Source: Planctomycetota bacterium (GTDB lineage Bacteria; Planctomycetota; B15-G4; SIAN01). Taken from it: a stretch of DNA of 64,000 nucleotides. The notes beneath the pieces are model-generated. The model did not search any database. It was given only the letters and a program-made list of their open reading frames with translations, and was not told the DNA's origin. The stretch covers positions 140,058 through 204,057 of the forward strand of contig JANNXA010000022.1 of the NCBI GenBank assembly GCA_031409275.1, given 5' to 3'. A program made the position numbers and the translations under genes. Positions 45,059-54,466 of this stretch are shown one piece after another; position 1 is the stretch's first letter; each line of letters opens with the position of its first letter.

Positions 45059-47245
45059 TCAGCGGCCGTCGCGGCGAGGGACGCGCCGCTCGTACTCCGG
45101 CAGTTCGAGCAGCTTGGGATCGAGTGCCTTGAGCGCGACGTCGAGCAACTGCGCCGACTCCGCTGGCCCTCGCTGCTGGAGACGCGCCAGCACCATCTTC
45201 GCGGTGTCGACGGGAGAGAGGTTCAATCCGTCGAGCGTTGCAGCGGATGCCGGCGCACGCGTGAAGCAGGCGATCAGCTCAGTCACGGCGGTTGCGTCGT
45301 CGTCGCGCTCGAAGGCGATGCGCGCGCGGCCCGCCATGGCGAGCGCGATGAAATGGTCCGCGGCGCCACGCTCGTCCGGCAGCCGCGCGATCGCCGCTTC
45401 GTACCACTCGATCGCCTGCGTGTAGGAGGCGAGCGCGGCCTCGGCGTCGCCGGCGCGGCGCTCGAACTCGGCGGCCACCATCGCGCCATAACCCGCGAAC
45501 GAATTCAGCGCCGCCGAAGGCTCTTCGCGCGCGAGCCATTCGCGGTAGGTCGCCACGATTCCGGCCGGACCGCGCTCGTCGAGCGCGCGCGCCCGCAGCC
45601 GTGCGTGGAGCAGATCGGAATCGGGGAAACGGGCCAGTCCTTGGCGGAGGAAGTTCTGCGCCGGCTGCTTGGCGCCGAGCCACTGCAGCACGTCGTAGTG
45701 GCCCGCGATGAGATCGTCCCGGCCCAGCGGATGGCGCGCCATCGCGGAGTAGGCCGCATTCAGCTCGGCGAGCCAGGCGGGCGGCCATGGCGTCTTCTGA
45801 CGCAGCGCCTCGCCCAACGCCTGTTCCCGCGAACGCGCGAACAGCTCGAGCACCGCGAGCGCTTCCGGACGGCTCGGATCGTCGGGAGCGCCCGCGACGA
45901 TCGCGGCGACCGCGTGCTGACGTGCGTCGGTTTCATCTCCGAGTTCGCGTGCGGTGACGGCGAGCGTCGTCTCGACCCGATGACCGTGGGCGCCGAGCTC
46001 GGCGGCTCGACGCACCGTGCGCTGCGCGTCGGCGAGCACGAGCTTCGCGAAGCGATCGTCCTCGGTTCGCGTCGCGAGGTCGACCATCGCTTCGCCGAGC
46101 TCCAGAAGCGCCGTGGCGTCGCGCCCGACGAGGAGCGCGTCCTGATCGGTGAGCCGCTGCTGCCAGAGCTGCGCGCGCGCCGCGACCGCGGCGGGATCGG
46201 GGGGCAGTGTCCACGCCGCGAGGTCGATCAACGTGGTCGCGGTCGCGAGCCCCTGATGGACGACGGAGAGCGTGCGCGCGCGGGACGAGCTGGCGCCCAA
46301 CCGATCGAGCGCCCCCACCAGCGCCGTGCGCTGTGCCGCGTCAATGGGGCCCGACAACGCCTCGGCGATCAACGGCACCGCTTCAGGCGCGGTGCTGCGG
46401 GCGAGCCCGTCACGAGCCTGCGACGCCAGCGACTGGTCGAACGAATGGAGCGCGAGCCGCAGCAATTCGACCGGCGCTGCGGCCGGATCGGCGAGCGCCG
46501 CCGCGAGCAGCGCCTGGCGCGCCTTCGCGTCGCCCTTCTGCCACGAGCTCTCCACGGCCACACGATCGGCCTGATCGCGGCTGGTCACGCGCTCGACGAG
46601 CGACCGGTCGCCGCGCACGATCGGTCGCGGCGGCGGACGCTTGACGATCGTGGTCGCGATCTGGTCGAGCACCGACTGCACGTCCCACGCGTAGAAGACG
46701 TCGTGGAGCTCCGTGCCGTCGACCTCGACCGCGACATGACGCGGCGCGACGCGCTGCCCTTCGAAGAACTTCTCGAACAGGAACGGCTCGATCGCGATGT
46801 GCTCGCCGCAAGTCACGCTGCCGAAGCGCGGACAGAGGATGCGCTGGCCGGACTCGTCGTAGTCGCGCGGCGTGTGGCGGTAGGTGGAGGCGATGACGCA
46901 GACGTAGGGCTCGTAGAGCTTCGCCGCGTCGGGAATTCGGTAGCGGATGCCGGCGTAGTGCTCGCTGGCGATCTCTCCGTCCATGTTGACGCAGATCAAG
47001 ATCGGCTTGCCGCTCTCCTTGGCGACCGCCAACGCGTCCTCCCAGGTGCGCTGGAACGCGATCAGGCACGGCCGCTTCCAATCTTCCGCCGACGGGGCGG
47101 GCCAGGTCTGCTCGCGGCTCTGGCCATTGGCCGGCGGCGGCGTCGCCTGCGCGCGGAGCGGAGAGCCGAGGGCCAGCGACAGCGCGAACGCGAGCGCGAT
47201 CACAGCCGTGCGACGGAACGAGCGGACAGCGGGCGATGCAGCCAT
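45059..47245 (-). CDS. secreted protein: N-terminal thioredoxin-like-fold-type domain plus long helical (TPR/HEAT-like) repeat region
   Basis: Start MAASPAVRSFRRTAVIALAFALSLALGSPLRAQA (signal peptide). N-domain KPILICVNMDGEIASEHYAGIRY with several Cys. The about 450-aa C-terminal part is Ala/Leu-rich and helical. The ORF-track N-terminal extension is artefact. Confidence 0.6.
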   Translation of the reverse strand: MAASPAVRSFRRTAVIALAFALSLALGSPLRAQATPPPANGQSREQTWPAPSAEDWKRPCLIAFQRTWEDALAVAKESGKPILICVNMDGEIASEHYAGIRYRIPDAAKLYEPYVCVIASTYRHTPRDYDESGQRILCPRFGSVTCGEHIAIEPFLFEKFFEGQRVAPRHVAVEVDGTELHDVFYAWDVQSVLDQIATTIVKRPPPRPIVRGDRSLVERVTSRDQADRVAVESSWQKGDAKARQALLAAALADPAAAPVELLRLALHSFDQSLASQARDGLARSTAPEAVPLIAEALSGPIDAAQRTALVGALDRLGASSSRARTLSVVHQGLATATTLIDLAAWTLPPDPAAVAARAQLWQQRLTDQDALLVGRDATALLELGEAMVDLATRTEDDRFAKLVLADAQRTVRRAAELGAHGHRVETTLAVTARELGDETDARQHAVAAIVAGAPDDPSRPEALAVLELFARSREQALGEALRQKTPWPPAWLAELNAAYSAMARHPLGRDDLIAGHYDVLQWLGAKQPAQNFLRQGLARFPDSDLLHARLRARALDERGPAGIVATYREWLAREEPSAALNSFAGYGAMVAAEFERRAGDAEAALASYTQAIEWYEAAIARLPDERGAADHFIALAMAGRARIAFERDDDATAVTELIACFTRAPASAATLDGLNLSPVDTAKMVLARLQQRGPAESAQLLDVALKALDPKLLELPEYERRVPRRDGR

Positions 47246-47373
47246 GGCGAACTCTTCGGGGTGTTCGTGGCGGTGGAGCGAAGCACGGCAGAACCATAGC
47301 GCGGCGAGCTCATCGGTCGGGTGCGAGCGGGGGCCGCTATCCTGCCCCGCTTCCCGTTTCGGAGCCTGTTGCC
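47246..47373. promoter_or_regulatory. divergent promoter region upstream of the MoxR-Bat operon
   Basis: An about 128-nt gap between a minus-strand ATG (47245) and the MoxR GTG (47374). Contains the GGAG RBS of MoxR. Confidence 0.35.
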
Positions 47374-48363
47374 GTGAGCGCCACCGCCCCACTCGTCGAG
47401 CGCCTCGCACCACTGCGCGTCGTCTTCGACGACGTCCTGCGCGAGGTCGGCGGCGTCATCGTCGGTCAGCAATCGCTGCTCCAGAAGATGGTCATCGGTC
47501 TGCTCGCCGATGGCCATGTCCTGCTCGAGGGGGTCCCCGGCCTCGCCAAGTCGCTCGCCGTGCAGACGCTCGCGCAGGCGCTCGGCGGCACCTTCCGGCG
47601 CATCCAGTTCACCCCCGACCTCTTGCCCGCCGACCTGCTCGGCACGCAGATCTTCCAGCCGAAGAGCGGCGAGTGGCTGGTGCGCGAGGGGCCGATCTTC
47701 GGCCACTTCGTGCTGGCCGACGAAATCAACCGAGCGCCGGCCAAGGTGCAGTCGGCGCTGCTCGAAGCGATGCAGGAACGGCAGGTGACGCTCGCCGGTG
47801 AGACGCGTCCGTTGCCGGAACCGTTCCTGGTGCTCGCCACGCAGAACCCGGTCGAGCATGAGGGCACCTACTCGCTGCCCGAGGCGCAAGTCGATCGCTT
47901 CATGCTGAAGCTGGTGCTCGACTACCCGAGCAAGGACGAAGAGGTCGCCATCGTTGATCGCATGGCGCGCACCGGCAAGAAGCCCGCGGCGCGTGCCGTG
48001 ACGAATCCGCAGGCCGTCCTCGAGGCGCGTGCGCTGCTGGATGAGATCCACCTCGAACCGCGCCTGGCGCGCTACCTCGTCGACCTGGTCGGCGCCACGC
48101 GCCGGCCCGACACCGTGGGCCTCGCCGCGCTCGCCAAGCTCGTTGCCTATGGCGCTTCGCCGCGCGCGACGGTGGCGCTGGCGCAAGCTTCGCGAGCGCA
48201 CGCGTTCCTCGCCGGCCGCGACCACGTGACGCCGCACGACGTGAAGTCGCTCGCGCTCGACGTCCTGCGCCATCGGATCAGCCTTCACTTCGAGGCGGCG
48301 GCGGAAGGGGTGACTGCCGAGCAGGTCGTCGTCGCCGTCCTCGCCCGCGTCCCCGTCCCGTAG
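47374..48363 (+). CDS. MoxR-family AAA+ ATPase
   Basis: GTG 47374 with GGAG 9 nt upstream. Walker A LLEGVPGLAKS, Walker B HFVLADEINRAP, sensor FLVLATQNPVE, and C-terminal MoxR lid. Confidence 0.9.
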   Translation: MSATAPLVERLAPLRVVFDDVLREVGGVIVGQQSLLQKMVIGLLADGHVLLEGVPGLAKSLAVQTLAQALGGTFRRIQFTPDLLPADLLGTQIFQPKSGEWLVREGPIFGHFVLADEINRAPAKVQSALLEAMQERQVTLAGETRPLPEPFLVLATQNPVEHEGTYSLPEAQVDRFMLKLVLDYPSKDEEVAIVDRMARTGKKPAARAVTNPQAVLEARALLDEIHLEPRLARYLVDLVGATRRPDTVGLAALAKLVAYGASPRATVALAQASRAHAFLAGRDHVTPHDVKSLALDVLRHRISLHFEAAAEGVTAEQVVVAVLARVPVP

Positions 48364-48371
48364 TGCACCTG

Positions 48372-49295
48372 ATGGCGATCCAGAGCGCCCCGCCGGATGA
48401 CGCCGAGCTCGCGCGGCTGTTGCGCGAGGTGCAGCGCATCGAAGCGGAAAGCGGTCGCGTGGTGGCGAGCCTGATGTCGGGCGCGTGGGCGTCGCGCTTC
48501 CGTGGCCAAGGGCTCGAGTTCGAGGAGGTGCGCGAGTACATCGCCGGAGATGATCCGCGCGCGGTCGACTGGAACGTGACGGCGCGCTACGGACGGCCGT
48601 TCGTGAAGCAGTTCGTCGACGAGCGCGAGCGGACGCTCCTCTTCCTGCTCGACCGATCGGCCTCGATGGAAGGCAGCACGTGGGCCGGGCGGCCGCGCGT
48701 GGCAGCGGCTCGCGTCGTCGCCAGTCTCGCGCTCGCGGCCTGCGCCAACCACGATCGAAGCGGATTGCTGGCGTTTGGCGCTCGGGTCGATGCCGTCGTG
48801 CGCCCGCAAAGTGGTCGCGCGGCCGCGCTGCGGCTGGTGCGTGACACGCTGGCCTTGCCCGCCGAGCGTGGCGCCGCGGCACTGCCGTCGGCGCTCGCGC
48901 TCGCCACGGCACGCTTCCGGCCGGGCGCGATCGTCGTGCTCTTGTCGGATTTCGCGGACGAGGGCTGGCGCGATGCCGCCGCGCGCTGCTCGCAGCGCCA
49001 CGACGTGGTCGCCGTGCGTCTCGCCGCCGATGAGTTGCCGCCGGCCGCCGCGGGTCTCGTCGAGCTTTGCGATCCCGAGTCCGGCCGGCGTGAAGTCGTC
49101 GACTGCGCGAGTGCGCGAGTGCGAGCCGCGGCGCAGTCGCGCTCGCTGGCCGCCCGCGAGCAGTGGCACGCGTTGGCGCGGCAGGCGGGCGTCGATCGAC
49201 TCGAACTGCCGGTCGCGCCAGGCACGGCGCACGCGCTCTCGGCACGGCTGTACGGCTTCTTCATGGGGCGCTCGGTGCGGACCTCTCGGCGATGA
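48372..49295 (+). CDS. DUF58 domain protein (vWA-like, MoxR partner)
   Basis: FEEVREYIAGDDPRAVDWNVTARYGRPFVKQF and LLFLLDRSASM are typical of DUF58. Follows MoxR directly. Confidence 0.8.
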   Translation: MAIQSAPPDDAELARLLREVQRIEAESGRVVASLMSGAWASRFRGQGLEFEEVREYIAGDDPRAVDWNVTARYGRPFVKQFVDERERTLLFLLDRSASMEGSTWAGRPRVAAARVVASLALAACANHDRSGLLAFGARVDAVVRPQSGRAAALRLVRDTLALPAERGAAALPSALALATARFRPGAIVVLLSDFADEGWRDAAARCSQRHDVVAVRLAADELPPAAAGLVELCDPESGRREVVDCASARVRAAAQSRSLAAREQWHALARQAGVDRLELPVAPGTAHALSARLYGFFMGRSVRTSRR

Positions 49296-50200
49296 GCCCC
49301 GCGGCCCTGCTACTCGCTCTCGCGGTGCTGGCGCGCGTGCAGGGCGAGGTCGCGATCGTGGTCGAAGTGCCGGCGCAACCCGTTGCGCCGGGCGCACCGT
49401 TCGAGATCAGCGTGCATCGCGACTGGGATGCGGCGCTCGTCCCGGCTCCGTTCGAGGAAGGCGCGCTCACCGGCAACGGGCTGGTGGTGCAGCTCCAGGA
49501 GGTGATCCGCGGCGGCAGCTCGCTGCGCGTCGAGGAGCACCGTCGCTATGTCGCGCAGGCGCATTCGCGGCGTCAGATCGCGCTCGATTCGGTGGTCGCG
49601 CGCGCCACGAGCAGCGATGGCCGAGTCTCATTCGAGGCGACGGCGCTGCCGCGAGTGATCGCTCTTGCCCCGACGCTGGCGGCGGACGACGCGTCGCCGC
49701 TCGAGTGGCCGGCCGATTTCGCGACTCCGGCCGCGCGCGCGCGACGCGACGACTTCCCGAGCCTCGGCTCCTGGATCGTCGCAGCGCTCGCACTCCTCGC
49801 GACGCTCGTGGCCTGGTTGGCAGCGCGCGGCCGCGGTGCGGCAGCGCCGATGGCGGCGGCGCCGATGGCGCGGGGTCGACTCGCGGCCCTGGCGCTCGCG
49901 GAAGAGCCGACCCGCGGCGGCGCCGCTCGCCGCGAACTCTGCGCCGCAATCGCCGACGTGGTTCGCGCCACCCTCGAAGAGGAGCGAGCGATCCCCGCCT
50001 CGAGGCGGACGCGCGAAGAGGTGATCGACCTCGCACGATCGGCCGCGCTGCCGTCCGCAGCGCAGCGCGTCCTCTCGGAGCTGCTCGAACGCGCCGACGC
50101 CGCCAAGTTCAAGGCCGCGGCGCCGAGCGAGCCGGAGCGCCTCGCACTGATCGAACTGGCGCAGCGCTTCCTCGGGCTGCTGCCCGCGGAGCGTCCATGA
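49292..50200 (+). CDS. Bat-operon membrane protein (DUF4381-like), signal peptide plus internal TM
   Basis: Start MSPAALLLALAVLARVQG, ATGA overlap with the DUF58 stop. Internal TM WIVAALALLATLVAWLAA. Occupies the position held by DUF4381 in MoxR-DUF58-Bat operons. Confidence 0.55.
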   Translation: MSPAALLLALAVLARVQGEVAIVVEVPAQPVAPGAPFEISVHRDWDAALVPAPFEEGALTGNGLVVQLQEVIRGGSSLRVEEHRRYVAQAHSRRQIALDSVVARATSSDGRVSFEATALPRVIALAPTLAADDASPLEWPADFATPAARARRDDFPSLGSWIVAALALLATLVAWLAARGRGAAAPMAAAPMARGRLAALALAEEPTRGGAARRELCAAIADVVRATLEEERAIPASRRTREEVIDLARSAALPSAAQRVLSELLERADAAKFKAAAPSEPERLALIELAQRFLGLLPAERP

Positions 50201-51174
50201 GCGGCCTCTTCCCGCCGTGGAGCGAGCTGCAGTTCGCGACGCCGCACGCCGCGTGGCTGCTGCTGCTCGTGGCCGCGCTCTCCTTGCAAGGCGTGGTGAG
50301 CCGCCCCACCGCGCTGCCGCGCGCAGCTCCCGCTCTCGTGAATGCGATCGCCTTGCCGGGCTCGTGGCGTCGACGTTGCGCCGCGCTGCTGCCATCGCTG
50401 AGGTGCGCGGCCTGGCTCCTGCTGGTCCTCGCCGCGATGCGGCCGGTGCGGCGCGTGGCGCTGCCGCAGTCGATCGAAGGGATCGACATCGTGGTGGCGC
50501 TCGATCTCTCGTCGTCGATGGCCGCAGAAGACCTGGCGCCGGGTGAAACGCGCCTGGCAGTGGCGAAGCGGGCACTCGACGACTTTCTGCGGCGACGACC
50601 GGAGGATCGCATCGCTTTGCTCTCGTTCGCGCGCTGGCCTGACCTGCTGGTGCCGTTGACCCGCGACCATGCAGCGCTGCGCGCGAAGCTGGAGGCGTTG
50701 ACGCTCGTCGAGCCGGATGGAGCGGAGGACGCGACCGGAATCGGGACCGCGCTCGCGCGCGCGCTGCAGTTGCTCGAGAAATCGGCGGCGCGCTCGAAGG
50801 TGATCGTGCTGCTGACCGACGGCGTCGAGAACGTGGCGACGGCGCAGACCCCCGACGAGATCGCTCCGCTGCATGCGGCGCAGCGAGCGGCGCAGTCGGG
50901 CGTGCGCATCGACCCGATCGTCGTCGGCCGTGGTGACACCGATACGCGCGAGGTCGAGGCGGTCGCTTCGCGCACCGGCGGGACCTGCTTCACCGCGCGC
51001 GATGCCGCGGCGGTCGCAGCCGTCTGCGCCCAGATCGATGGACTCGAGCGCACGCGGCTCGAAGCTCCGCGCTGGCACGTCGAGGAGTGGTTCGCTCCGT
51101 TCGTGGCGGTCGCATTGGCGCTGCTGCTGGCCGCTCGCGCGATGGCGGCGTCGGGTCTCGAGGTGTTGCGATGA
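50197..51174 (+). CDS. BatA-like vWA-domain membrane protein
   Basis: N-terminal TMs, then a vWA with MIDAS IVVALDLSSSM...LLTDGVEN, and a C-terminal TM. ATGA overlaps on both sides. Confidence 0.8.
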   Translation: MSGLFPPWSELQFATPHAAWLLLLVAALSLQGVVSRPTALPRAAPALVNAIALPGSWRRRCAALLPSLRCAAWLLLVLAAMRPVRRVALPQSIEGIDIVVALDLSSSMAAEDLAPGETRLAVAKRALDDFLRRRPEDRIALLSFARWPDLLVPLTRDHAALRAKLEALTLVEPDGAEDATGIGTALARALQLLEKSAARSKVIVLLTDGVENVATAQTPDEIAPLHAAQRAAQSGVRIDPIVVGRGDTDTREVEAVASRTGGTCFTARDAAAVAAVCAQIDGLERTRLEAPRWHVEEWFAPFVAVALALLLAARAMAASGLEVLR

Positions 51175-52901
51175 GCGCGAGCGAGCTGCTGCTTTCGCCC
51201 CAATCGTGGCCACTGCCGCTGGCGGTCGGAGTGGTCGGCTGGCTGCTCGAAGTGGCGGAGCGCCGGCGCGAAGCGCGTCGGTGCGCGGCGCTCGGCGAAG
51301 CGCCTCCCACGCGACGTCGCGGCCTCGCCACGCTGGCGATGGTGCTGGCGGCGTCGGCGTTCCTCGAACCCGCCCGCGGTCAGGGCGAAGCTCCCCTATC
51401 GGCGCGTCCCGACCTCGTCGTCTGCCTCGATGTTTCGCGATCGATGCTGGCGACGGACGCCTCCCCGAGCCGGCTCGCGGCGGCCCAGGCCGCATTGGTG
51501 AAGATGGCGACAGCGGGGCAAGGCGAGCGCCTGGCGCTGGTCCTTTTCGCGGGGGTGGCGCAGCTGGCCGTACCGCTCACCGACGATGCCGCTGCATTCG
51601 CCGAGCAGGTGGAGGTGGCGAGCCCCGATCGGGTCGCGCGCGGCGGCAGCGACCTCGCGGCCGCGATCGACGTCGCGCTCGTGGCGCTGCGCGCCGCGGA
51701 GTCGCGCGGCGGCGCGATCGTGCTGCTCACCGATGGCGAGGATCTCTCGCGCGCGGTCGCCGTCGCCGACGCCGCGCAACGCTGTCGCGAACGCGGAGTG
51801 GTCCTCCATGCGGTCGGTTTTGGTTCGCCTGAAGGGCGCAAGATCGCGCTGCCCACTGCGCAAGGAGAGCGCTTCCTCGTTGACCGCGAGGGACGCGAAG
51901 TGATCTCGCGGCTCGATGAGCCGGGGCTGGCGTGGCTCGCGGAGGCGACCGGCGGGAGCTACGTCGCGGCGAGGGAAACGGACGCGCCGCTCGACGCCAT
52001 CGTCTCGAAGATCCGCCGTTCGTCGCCACCGCGGTTCGACGCCTCGGCGGCTGCGGTGCGGCCGCTGTTCCAGTGGTTGCTGGTCGCCGCGCTGCTGCTC
52101 GGGACGATCGACGAAGCGGCGAAGAGGATGCGCCGCAAGCGGGCCGTGGCCGTTGGCCGAGCGGGATCCTATCTGGTCGCGCTGATCGCGCTGGTGACGA
52201 GTTCGATGGTGGCATGCGCGCCGCAGCAACGCGTGACCTCGCTGCCCGGTGACGATCTCGCGACCGCGGCCAGCGAGTGGCGTGCGGCGCTCGCGGCCGA
52301 GGTGGCGGGAGATGCCGAGGCCGCCGCGTCTCACGCGGAACTCGCCGCGATGCGTGGCGCAGCGGTCTACCGCGACGACGCGCGTTTCCTGATCGCCGCG
52401 CTCGACTTCCGGCGCGGCGAAGCGCTTTCGAGACGGGCGTTGGCGCCTCATCACGATCTCGAAGCGGCCCGCGCCGGCCGCGAGGCGTTGGTCGCCGCGC
52501 TCGCCGACTTCGCCGCGTTGGCCGCCACCGATTCCGAGGTGGCGCGCCGCAACGTCGAGCGTTGCCTGCTGCGCATCGAGGCGCTCGACCGCCTGCTGGT
52601 GCCGCCGGTCGAACCGCCGCTGGTCGACGAGACGCGTCGCCTCGCTGCGCCGGTGGCTCTGGACTCCACCACTGCCCTCGATCCGACCGCACCGCCCGAC
52701 GAGCCGAGCGCCGAGCTCGCCGCCGATGAGATCGTCGATCCGGTCGAGCCGCCATCGCCATTGCCGCCGCAACTCGCCGAGCTCGATCCGGTCGCGTTGG
52801 CGCAGTTGTTCGAGCGGCTGGCGGAGAAGGAGGCGGCGAAGCGCGCCGCGCGCTCGGAACAGCGCGCACGCCAGAACGCCGACGTGGAGCGCGACTGGTG
52901 A
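51171..52901 (+). CDS. BatB-like vWA-domain protein fused to a BatC-like TPR/helical C-terminal region
   Basis: vWA MIDAS LVVCLDVSRSM...VLLTDGEDL, a second TM, then an Ala-rich helical and Pro/Glu-rich tail. Confidence 0.8.
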   Translation: MSASELLLSPQSWPLPLAVGVVGWLLEVAERRREARRCAALGEAPPTRRRGLATLAMVLAASAFLEPARGQGEAPLSARPDLVVCLDVSRSMLATDASPSRLAAAQAALVKMATAGQGERLALVLFAGVAQLAVPLTDDAAAFAEQVEVASPDRVARGGSDLAAAIDVALVALRAAESRGGAIVLLTDGEDLSRAVAVADAAQRCRERGVVLHAVGFGSPEGRKIALPTAQGERFLVDREGREVISRLDEPGLAWLAEATGGSYVAARETDAPLDAIVSKIRRSSPPRFDASAAAVRPLFQWLLVAALLLGTIDEAAKRMRRKRAVAVGRAGSYLVALIALVTSSMVACAPQQRVTSLPGDDLATAASEWRAALAAEVAGDAEAAASHAELAAMRGAAVYRDDARFLIAALDFRRGEALSRRALAPHHDLEAARAGREALVAALADFAALAATDSEVARRNVERCLLRIEALDRLLVPPVEPPLVDETRRLAAPVALDSTTALDPTAPPDEPSAELAADEIVDPVEPPSPLPPQLAELDPVALAQLFERLAEKEAAKRAARSEQRARQNADVERDW

Positions 52902-54451
52902 CCCTGCTCTCGCTGCTCCTGGGGTGCGTGCTCTTCGCGGTCGACGACGAAGTACCGCTCGCGGCGCGCTTCGTCGTCGCCCGCGAAGTGGCTTTCGTCG
53001 GCGAACCGATCGAGGTGAGCCTGCGCCTCGAATGGGATGAGCGCTGGTTTGCAGCGCGCGCGCTTCAGCCATTCCTGCAGCCGCTCGACTTGCCGCTCGA
53101 AGCGGAGGTGGCGGCGTTGAGCATTCGCCCTGACGCGTTGGCGCGGCCGGGACGCTGGCGCACCGCGTCTTCGAAAGCCGCGTCGTCCTCTCGAACGCTC
53201 GTCATGAACGGCGAACGGATCGCCGTCGAGCTGGCCGGCGCGCCCGACGCGGAAGGCCGCGTTGCGGTCGAGCTGGCGCGCACCTTCCTGCCCACGCAGG
53301 CGGGACGCTTCGTTCTTCCCGCAGCGACGCTGCGTTTCGCCACTGCGTCGCGCTTCGACGTCGACCTGCTTGGGAGTCGGATCGCGCTCGACCGGCAAGA
53401 GCGGACGCTCGTCGTCGATGCGCGCGTGATCGAGGTGATCGAGCCTCCGGCGGAAGGCCGCCCCGCCGCCTTCGCCGGCGCGATCGGGCGCTTCCGCGTG
53501 ACGGCGAGCGCGACGTCGCTCGACGTCGAGGCCGGTGCGACCCTGCGCTGCACGGTTCGCGTCGAGGGCGAAGGCAATTTCGAGCGGATCGCCGCCCCGC
53601 GCTTCGAGGCGACGGGATTCGCGTTGCTGGGCACGCTGGCGCGTGTGAGCGAGAGCGGCGTCGAGTTCCACTACGACGTTGCCGCGGCGCAGCCCGGCGC
53701 GTGGCGCTTGCCCGCGTTCGAGCTCGTCGCGCTCGATCCAGGACCGCCGGCGACCTACGTCGAGCTCGCGACCGACGCGATTCCGGTGACGGTGCGCGCC
53801 ACCGCTGCAAGCGAGGCGGCCGCTGCCGCCGCGACCGAAGCCGCGAAGCTCCGGGACCAGGCGCGCGCAGAGCTCGCGCTGCTCGCTCCGTTGCGCGCCG
53901 TCGAGCGCGGCGAGGGGCTCTACTCGAGCGTCGTTGAGCGGACCGATCTTGGCTTGCGTGCATGCCGCGACGGCGACTTCGCCGCGGCCGAGCAGTGGTT
54001 CCGTGCCGCGCTCGCCGAAGCGGACACGGCGGCGCCGGCGCTGCGCTTCAATCTCGGCCACGCCCGCTTCGCGCGCGGCGACGTGGTCGGCGCGCTGTGC
54101 GAGTGGCTGCAGGCGGCGCCAGCGTTGGCCGGCGACTCCGGACTCGACGCGAACGTGGCATTGGCCGCCGCGCGACTCGATCTGCCGGCGCCGACGCGCG
54201 AGCGATTGGCGGCGCGAGTACGCGACGGCGGCGTCGGCCGCGGCAGTCAGGCGCTCGTGGTGACGCCAACGGCGCTGCTCGCGGAGCCGACGGCGAAAGC
54301 GGCGACCGCCGCGCAAGGCAACTTGCTGCCCCCCGGCACGCTGCTCACGCTGCTGGCACAGGGGGTGCGCTACGTCGAGGTGAGTGACGGTGCCGCGCGC
54401 GGCTTCGTCCCGCGCGCGGCCATCACGCTGCTCGATCCCTCTCGCGAGTGA
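52898..54451 (+). CDS. BatD-like (oxygen-tolerance family) protein with C-terminal TPR-like and SH3-like region
   Basis: GTG 52898 overlapping the BatB stop (GTGA). N-terminal TM, beta-rich middle, TPR-like FRAALAEADTAAPALRFNLGHARFARGD. Operon position of BatD. Confidence 0.65.
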   Translation: MTLLSLLLGCVLFAVDDEVPLAARFVVAREVAFVGEPIEVSLRLEWDERWFAARALQPFLQPLDLPLEAEVAALSIRPDALARPGRWRTASSKAASSSRTLVMNGERIAVELAGAPDAEGRVAVELARTFLPTQAGRFVLPAATLRFATASRFDVDLLGSRIALDRQERTLVVDARVIEVIEPPAEGRPAAFAGAIGRFRVTASATSLDVEAGATLRCTVRVEGEGNFERIAAPRFEATGFALLGTLARVSESGVEFHYDVAAAQPGAWRLPAFELVALDPGPPATYVELATDAIPVTVRATAASEAAAAAATEAAKLRDQARAELALLAPLRAVERGEGLYSSVVERTDLGLRACRDGDFAAAEQWFRAALAEADTAAPALRFNLGHARFARGDVVGALCEWLQAAPALAGDSGLDANVALAAARLDLPAPTRERLAARVRDGGVGRGSQALVVTPTALLAEPTAKAATAAQGNLLPPGTLLTLLAQGVRYVEVSDGAARGFVPRAAITLLDPSRE

Positions 54452-54466
54452 CGCGAACGCGGCGGC

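Noticed and set aside
49573-54316. Long minus-strand ORFs (640, 558, 621 aa) opposite the Bat operon
   Set aside because: Arg/Ser/Ala-rich with no motifs. The plus-strand Bat genes have Walker/vWA MIDAS motifs and perfectly phased ATGA overlaps.
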